A stretch of 64,000 bases of DNA from Zancudomyces culisetae HAW-14-8. Lineage: Eukaryota; Fungi; Kickxellomycota. The stretch covers positions 4,712,001-4,776,000 of the forward strand of contig JBNJNM010000011.1 in the NCBI GenBank assembly GCA_052426225.1. The letters are read 5' to 3'. The position numbers were made by a program, and so were the translations under genes. Under the pieces are notes generated by a model that saw nothing but the letters and a program-made list of their open reading frames with translations, had not been told where the DNA came from and did not search any database. This document shows positions 57,480-64,000 of the stretch, piece after piece. How positions within the stretch are numbered: position 1 is the stretch's first letter; each line of letters begins with the position of its first letter.

Positions 57480-58329
57480 TTATCTTAAAGAGCGTTGGAA
57501 TCTATCCCTAGCCTGTTTGTAGGCCTCAAAAAGCGATTGTTCATTGAGTGAAGATAAATTCATGTCTATGTTATCGCCTCCTCTCCTTGAAACACGTGAG
57601 ACTATGATTGAAGGAACAGTTTCCAGTACGATTCTATTGTATGGATTTCATTTATTACGTCCTCTGTTCAACAGGCCTTCCTCAATTATGAATGAATAGA
57701 AAATTTTAGAAACAAAGAATAGATAAATATCATACCCGTCATCGATCGTCTCATCTAGTGCTAGCAATGTCAAGTCCAATCCGTCTAATATGGATCTTTT
57801 ATCCACATTTTGTCTATTATGGTTACATTTTTTTCTATTTTATATCTGCTCGTTCAATATGGATGAATACATTATAAAACGAAAATTACCTTAGCAATAT
57901 TTGAAGGGCTTCCACAAATGCATTCAATGCTGTTGAAAGTAGTAATTCGTTCTCATCAGCTCTACCGACCAGACAAAATGTTATGTCTGAAACTGCTTTA
58001 AACAGGATGATGTTTCCCTCAAAAAACATGATTTCATCAGCTTGGTAAGACAAAAAAAATTATAAAAGCATTATTTAGATTAGTCATTACATTCTTCCAA
58101 AAAAAAAGAGCATACACATGTATTCTTGTACAGAAAGGATATTTAAAATGTTACCACTGCTTTTTCCTATTTTTTCCCCTAGCCTACCCTCAAATGCCTT
58201 TTGATCCTTAACATTCTGATACTTATTACCATCGGCCGGATTTCTGTTATAATATTTAGCGATGATTCTTTTTCCATCGCTATCGAAAATTATCATTGAG
58301 ACTACCGAGTATAGAGTTAAATTCGACAT
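57480..58329 (-). CDS. RET3: coatomer subunit zeta (185 aa); exons 58329-58155, 58040-57890, 57813-57736, 57633-57480
   Basis: Spliced: MSNLTLYSVVSMIIFDSDGKRIIAKYY...KDQKAFE..L..K...DENELLL...RQNVDKRSILDGLDLTLLALDETIDDGIVLET...RVS...QARDRFQRSLR*; three GT-AG introns keep the frame. Confidence 0.93.
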
Positions 58330-58845
58330 TTTTACAAACTGTTACGAGTTTTTAGCTTTGAAAAAAAATAAAACGTAAATAAAGCAAAAGCGACACTAAA
58401 TAATCACAGCCCTTAAATCTCTTGGTATCCCATTGGCCCATGTCCCTATTAAACATTGGGCTTTGAATTTTTGTTGTTTCTCAACATTGTGTTGGCTTTT
58501 AATTGAGCAAACTTGGGCAAAAAATAAATTAAATTAAAAAATTACAAGTTTTTAATAAACACATAATACACTTAAACATATAAATGTTTACCCATCGTAA
58601 TGTTATATTGGAAGATCCCTTCTTTGTCTATTTCCCATTACGAGGTGGTAGTGGAGATGCTCTTAGAGATTCTTCTGAAGATAATTTATCAAATTATCTG
58701 TGCAAAAAAAAGCATTAGGCACAAAAAAAAAGCTGAGCCAGTTGTTTCACAGCACGCAAAACAGCTATGGATTTAGACCACCTTATATGTCTTCAATAAG
58801 CTTAGTTTTTAGTCTTAGCACCCAGATGAACATTGAAAAAGTCAA

Positions 58846-58884
58846 AAGCCATAATAGCCATAATAGCCATAATAGCCATAATAA
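58846..58884. repeat. (AGCCATAAT)4 tandem repeat
   Basis: Visible 9-bp repeat downstream of flippase copy 2. Confidence 0.85.
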
Positions 58885-59030
58885 TATTTATTAACAACTG
58901 TAGGTGTAGTATATTATGATATATTTCTAAAACAAACAAACCCTCAACAACTCAAGCTTACATTGATTATATATTCTTTTATCAACAACAATAAATTAAA
59001 AAGTAAGAAAAAAGGTGCTAATTTTTCCTG

Positions 59031-62000
59031 TCAAGGGTCATCAACATAAACCTGACCATACCAAGGTTTCCTCATAACCTTAATTTCACGAACAATATCC
59101 ACGTCCTTTGGTTTGATGTGTTTTTGGTAGTATTTCAGTAGGAAGTGTGGTGTGACTGCGAGCAAAACAGCAAGTACACACGAAAGCCATGTCACCGGAG
59201 TAAGAAAAACTTCAAAGAAGGTACTATCACCGAGGTGGGTGGAAAACAATCCGTTTACATACGTAAGCGTAAAAAATGCAGAGAATGAGATGAACAACAT
59301 TGCATATAGCACCCAGTTCCACTGATAGGCGTCTATACACGCAGTAAAGTTTACACACAGTATGATCGAGAACACGATACCTGTGGAAAAACTGTCGTGA
59401 TCCCACACCTTGCCGTTTTGATTGACAACAGGAGCTGAAAGCTGTGTTGTCAGGTAAAAAACAAAGAAAATGGCTGCAGATTGATAAATGCCACTAAGGA
59501 CATATGTAAATAGTTTTTTATCGCTGAAGTACTTGTTTTTGATTCCCAAACGATATAACCCAGTGTACGTCATAACTGTCTTATAGTTCAGTGGTTTATC
59601 TATTGCTCCTAAGAAGAAAACCAACAACACCGCTAGGATCATATTGTATGTTTGCAGATATATGTAGTTGTACAAAACATTCCCGCTGAACTGAGAAAAT
59701 ATCGCATACCAGAGAGGACAAATCGCCCATATGATGTTTTTGTAAAAAAAATACAGAATTGCCTCGCTGAATCGGATGTAGTTGAAAAGCCCGTGTACCA
59801 ACAACAAATTTTGCAAATAGTGGAATCTTGTAATCAGGTAATCTGACGCATTTGCTGCCTGCATTCCCTCAACACCTCGTATACCCACACCTATATTTGC
59901 TGCCTGAATCATACTGACGTCATTTGCTCCGTCCCCAATAGCAAGTGTTATTGTATCCATACCCTTTTTGATCAGAGTTACAACTTGTGCTTTTTGAAGT
60001 GGTGATACTCTACAACAAAGCACAGAGCGTAGGCTTGGTGCCAATCTTACCAACTCGGCCGATGCTTCCTCATCTTTGAGAATAACATCCAGTGACAACC
60101 CATCAAGCACTAGGGCGTTTGGTGAGTTAATATGATCAAAAACCTGTGGAGTTTTTTGACTCCATTTATTTTCAAACGGAATTATCCTAGTTATGTTCTT
60201 CAACCAGTTCGACTCGCTAAACCCTACATTGGAAAATAACGTCCTCTTTGGCGCAAAAATATACTTGTTGTATTTTGATCTCAGCCTATCAATCAATTGA
60301 TTTGCCCTGCTTTTTTTCTTTGAAATATCCAAAAAACTTCTGAGGTATGATCTTTCGCTAACTTTATGTTGTTTGGGGTCTGCTAGGAAGGTATAATTCT
60401 CAGTTGGATCAAAGACTGTATTTGAAATGCTAACACTTCGTCCATCTTCATATTCACCCGCAAAGCTTAAGGTTCTTTCCAATCTACTTAGGCGATAAGA
60501 AATATCAGGTAGTACCCTGGCCTCAATGTCATTAATACTAATTATGTTTGCTACACAAAGCTCAGAACTGTTTTGAGTGTTAAGTGGCCTCTCAAAAATA
60601 AGATTTCGATGCAGTCTGCCAGTCACGGGTGCAAAGGGCTGATCTGTAGTTAAAGGAGGTATGCTATACTGGGAGTACGTTTTTTTTGAATCCTTAGAGC
60701 ATCCACTATTTTGACGATTGTCATTTTCTTGTAAATTTATTGAGTCGTGGATATCGAAAAATACATTTCCTCTGTTCGACTCCCTAACCATCTTACTAAT
60801 CAACCAAAACTTTGCCAGTATCGACTCCCGTGTCTTACCCCGCCCATCCAACTTCCACAACTCCATATCTCGTGCCAACAGGTTTGCCGCAAATCCTATA
60901 TTAATTGCTGTCTCCATCTTGTCTCCTGTCAACACCCATATCTTGATAGACGCTGATCTTAATGCTGCAATACATTCAGGTACTTGTTCCTGTAGCTTGT
61001 CTTCAATTGCTGTTGCTCCTATCAACTCCAAGCTATGCTCAATCATTGCTTGTGTCTCTTCTATTTGTTGTTCTCGATCTTCTCCCATACTCGCTTTTGC
61101 TGCTTCATATTTCTTTATCCATTTTTCAAACTCTTGTTCATCAACTTTTCTATATGCCAATACTAATGTTCTTAGTCCAGCATTTGCAAATGCATCTATT
61201 TGTTTACTTGTTTGATTTCTTCGCATTCTTTCATTTGATTCATGCTCATCAACTGGTCTAAGCAAATCCAACACTATTGAATCCGCCCCCTTTGTAAATA
61301 TCACTATATCGTTCCATGGTGCTGGTCGTCGTATCACTGTTGACATTCGTTTGCGTGTTGAATTAAACTCCAATGTTGCTAATACTGTAAACTCATGGCT
61401 TGATCCACGCATATCTAACATCACTTTGTCTCGAATCCGACTAACAAATGTATGTCCCAAGTTGCGTGCTGCAATCACTAGCGCTGCTTCATCTGGTGAT
61501 TCAGCTGAGTACTTAATATCATTAGAACTTCTTTCACTAGCTATTGATGAACTACGAACCGATGTAGGCTGTGTAATCGAATCACCCTGTCCTGAAAGCA
61601 AATTCAAAACTCCACTACTGACAGTTTTGTTTCTATTGTGTGTTTTCTTTCCCATTGATATTAAACTAGGGTTCTGGCTTGTGTTTCTGCTGTGTGTTCT
61701 ACTATTAAATGGCCATCTTTTTCCGATCGATGATCCTAATTTACCCTCCTGTTTTTCTTCATCTATTACCACATGTTCACTTTCATCATTATCATCTGCT
61801 GTTACTTTGTTTATATCTGCTTCTACTTGAACTGTATGACATAGTGACATACACATCAAAAACATATCGATTTGTTTTGCTTGCTCGTTCTTGCTTGCCC
61901 ATTGATTGTATTTACTATCTTCTATTAGGTTTGCTGCTAGCATGTCTCGAAATATTCTTTCATCCACAAACGAATAGTTTCCACTATTATCATCGTCCAA

Positions 62001-63854
62001 ATTGACGTATCTTGGGTCAAATACTTTTTTCATTTCATTTACATATTTTTCAATCTGCAGTTTTCGTTCGTACTCTATATCTTTATCATCAGCTTTGGAT
62101 TGTTTACCATCCATTGACTGCATTCCTATATGTTCGCTATTGTCCTCATCTTTACCCATTGTTCTATTAAACCTACTACCTCCACCTCCACCACCAATAC
62201 CGCCACCGCTACTGTTTCCTCCTCCAATACCTCCAATACCCCCAATACCTCCAATATCATCACCTCCATACTCCAAATCCCCCTCCGTTTCTAGCGCATT
62301 CAACTCTTCAAGTAACTCTTGTGCCTTCATACCCTTTACCACATCCAATTCATCGCCTGGCAACTGTTTTCCATACATAACTCCATTGATTGAGCACATT
62401 CGAAAATCCATCTGGTTTCGTGTAAGGGTACCTGTTTTGTCGCTGAATATATATTCAATTTGGCCCATATCATCGGAAATACTCCAATTTCTAGGCACGC
62501 ATCGTTCATCTCGCTCGGCATTGTACATATTTACGTCATTATAGATAAAAAATGCGTGTAAAATCTTGATAAATTCTATGCTCATGTACAGCGATATTGG
62601 TATTATATTTTGAAAAAGCACGAGTGAGGATAAAAAGGAAGAAAGAAAGTATGTGCTTCCTTCCATTAAACCACTCAGATAAAACGCATTTTCACCTCCA
62701 GAAGCGCTCCAGCTAAAGATTACTTGTGAAGATATGGCGTTTAAAAGACAGAGCGATATCAAGAAAAAAAAGTTTACGATCACATGTTTATTCATGCTCT
62801 TCTCTAGTCTGCTGCGCTTAAATACAGGAGGACCCGTGTTTAGGACCACCTTTGTCTGTCTTCCAGTGTAAATTACCAATCCTATCGTCCACTCTGTATT
62901 TCTTAGAACCATTCCTCTCAATAGCATGTTGTTCATGTTATAACCAACAGTTTTTGTTCTACCTTTCTCGAGAATTTTGATCTTACCATTTGCATCTTGT
63001 AGATCTGCTGTTGGGCTATCAGCTTCCGCTACCAATCGAAGTTGAACTACACCTTCAATTCCTTTGTATTCCTTAAATATATCTAGAGAGCTGCGAGATT
63101 TTAGGTTTGTTTCTCCATCCAAATCCTTTGTGTCAACAAAACAAGCGCCGTTATCATGTGCTGATGACAATATCAAGATATCTGCTGGTATCTGGTTATT
63201 TTCGGTAATGTAAATTAAATCACCCACTCGGACGTCTTTCCATTTGAAATTTCTTACTATTGGACTCCCCCCAGTAGTTTGGTTATGTATATCACTGAGC
63301 CATGTTTTTGATATGGAATTATTGTTGCTGTCAGCGTATGAGTCAAATATCGAGCCGAATATTGAACTTTGTTTTGTACATGTATTTAAAGGATCGTCTA
63401 TTATATTTTTATTGACAACGTTTTTTATCACCTTTGTTTTTATATTGTTTAGCCTATTGTCGCTGATATGTCTTCTCCAATCTTCCACTGCATCCTTGAA
63501 CGCAGTTAGTGCCAACACTGAGAGTAAGGGTAACACTGCTGCCCAAGCCGGTCCAATCTTAAAATATGGAATTAGCTGTACTATTGCCATCATTAGAAAG
63601 TATACATTTGCAAACCGCTTAAACTGCCTAAATATATTTTTAGGCAGAAAAGTAAGTAGTGTATACTGAGATGTTATTACTTCATTCGAGACATAATGGC
63701 TCATATGCGATTCTCTCTCTTCTTTTGGAACATCTACATTTAAGTACACCTTCCTTGGAGGCAACTGACTCATCTTATCCCGCGTTCTATCTCCATTGTT
63801 TTTTTTGAAAAACTTTATATACCGTGACTTTGTGTATTGTATTACTTCCTCCAT
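59031..63854 (-). CDS. P4-ATPase phospholipid flippase, Dnf1/Dnf2-like (copy 2)
   Basis: Same motif set as copy 1 (DLDGETNLK, FQNIIPISLY, DKTGTLT, GDGANDVSMIQ). First ATG (MEEVIQ) is at 63854; the ORF-track start at 63878 is TTG. Confidence 0.95.
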   Translation of the reverse strand: MEEVIQYTKSRYIKFFKKNNGDRTRDKMSQLPPRKVYLNVDVPKEERESHMSHYVSNEVITSQYTLLTFLPKNIFRQFKRFANVYFLMMAIVQLIPYFKIGPAWAAVLPLLSVLALTAFKDAVEDWRRHISDNRLNNIKTKVIKNVVNKNIIDDPLNTCTKQSSIFGSIFDSYADSNNNSISKTWLSDIHNQTTGGSPIVRNFKWKDVRVGDLIYITENNQIPADILILSSAHDNGACFVDTKDLDGETNLKSRSSLDIFKEYKGIEGVVQLRLVAEADSPTADLQDANGKIKILEKGRTKTVGYNMNNMLLRGMVLRNTEWTIGLVIYTGRQTKVVLNTGPPVFKRSRLEKSMNKHVIVNFFFLISLCLLNAISSQVIFSWSASGGENAFYLSGLMEGSTYFLSSFLSSLVLFQNIIPISLYMSIEFIKILHAFFIYNDVNMYNAERDERCVPRNWSISDDMGQIEYIFSDKTGTLTRNQMDFRMCSINGVMYGKQLPGDELDVVKGMKAQELLEELNALETEGDLEYGGDDIGGIGGIGGIGGGNSSGGGIGGGGGGSRFNRTMGKDEDNSEHIGMQSMDGKQSKADDKDIEYERKLQIEKYVNEMKKVFDPRYVNLDDDNSGNYSFVDERIFRDMLAANLIEDSKYNQWASKNEQAKQIDMFLMCMSLCHTVQVEADINKVTADDNDESEHVVIDEEKQEGKLGSSIGKRWPFNSRTHSRNTSQNPSLISMGKKTHNRNKTVSSGVLNLLSGQGDSITQPTSVRSSSIASERSSNDIKYSAESPDEAALVIAARNLGHTFVSRIRDKVMLDMRGSSHEFTVLATLEFNSTRKRMSTVIRRPAPWNDIVIFTKGADSIVLDLLRPVDEHESNERMRRNQTSKQIDAFANAGLRTLVLAYRKVDEQEFEKWIKKYEAAKASMGEDREQQIEETQAMIEHSLELIGATAIEDKLQEQVPECIAALRSASIKIWVLTGDKMETAINIGFAANLLARDMELWKLDGRGKTRESILAKFWLISKMVRESNRGNVFFDIHDSINLQENDNRQNSGCSKDSKKTYSQYSIPPLTTDQPFAPVTGRLHRNLIFERPLNTQNSSELCVANIISINDIEARVLPDISYRLSRLERTLSFAGEYEDGRSVSISNTVFDPTENYTFLADPKQHKVSERSYLRSFLDISKKKSRANQLIDRLRSKYNKYIFAPKRTLFSNVGFSESNWLKNITRIIPFENKWSQKTPQVFDHINSPNALVLDGLSLDVILKDEEASAELVRLAPSLRSVLCCRVSPLQKAQVVTLIKKGMDTITLAIGDGANDVSMIQAANIGVGIRGVEGMQAANASDYLITRFHYLQNLLLVHGLFNYIRFSEAILYFFYKNIIWAICPLWYAIFSQFSGNVLYNYIYLQTYNMILAVLLVFFLGAIDKPLNYKTVMTYTGLYRLGIKNKYFSDKKLFTYVLSGIYQSAAIFFVFYLTTQLSAPVVNQNGKVWDHDSFSTGIVFSIILCVNFTACIDAYQWNWVLYAMLFISFSAFFTLTYVNGLFSTHLGDSTFFEVFLTPVTWLSCVLAVLLAVTPHFLLKYYQKHIKPKDVDIVREIKVMRKPWYGQVYVDDP
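60763..62546 (-). repeat. right arm of the 1,784-bp inverted repeat (partner 47896..49679)
   Basis: Reverse complement of 47896..49679 with 3 mismatches; mirrored spurious ORFs in the track (47898..48440 vs 62002..62544 etc.) confirm the register. Confidence 0.97.
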
Positions 63855-64000
63855 TATTAAAATCCTTCGATCCTTCAACCCTTCAATTCTTTAATTATCA
63901 CTAAATTTACACTTTTTATCTTTGTGTTTGTCTTTTGACTTAATCCGCTACTATATATTTAATCTGGTAAGATACATAGTTTTATTTGACTGACAAAATA

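Noticed and set aside
1-64000. tRNA, rRNA, CRISPR arrays, site-specific recombinase, selenoprotein (in-frame TGA plus SECIS)
   Set aside because: No cloverleaf/T-loop context, no repeat-spacer array, no recombinase ORF and no conserved gene interrupted by TGA was seen by eye; tRNAscan-SE, Infernal and Seblastian runs would be needed to exclude them fully.

Overview
AT-rich, intron-poor eukaryotic DNA with a fungal gene set. It resembles an early-diverging fungus such as a Harpellales/Kickxellomycotina species; this is an inference, not a database result. Genes, in order: a partial and a complete MCT-like MFS transporter flanking a DUF3020-like ORF, Vac8, an ABCB/MDR1-type exporter, a 2006-aa secreted (EETTT)n protein with two homologous 4-Cys terminal domains, a sugar porter, cytosolic LeuRS, a 2647-aa BIG/Sec7-like protein apparently lacking the catalytic glutamate, and two convergent Dnf1/Dnf2-like P4-ATPase flippases. 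Between the flippases lie an EEP-family gene, Aim41/YqeY, a small ubiquitin/SUMO-like orphan, pterin-4a-carbinolamine dehydratase and zeta-COP. The main observation is that the otherwise diverged flippase genes share a sharply bounded, in-frame 1,784-bp inverted repeat (47896-49679 / 60763-62546; 3 mismatches by manual comparison). This makes the 11,083 bp between them a potential flip-flop segment whose inversion would swap the C-terminal membrane halves of the two flippases. Also notable: a G/A-to-C/T switch of synonymous codon use inside several genes. No tRNA, rRNA or CRISPR array was seen.
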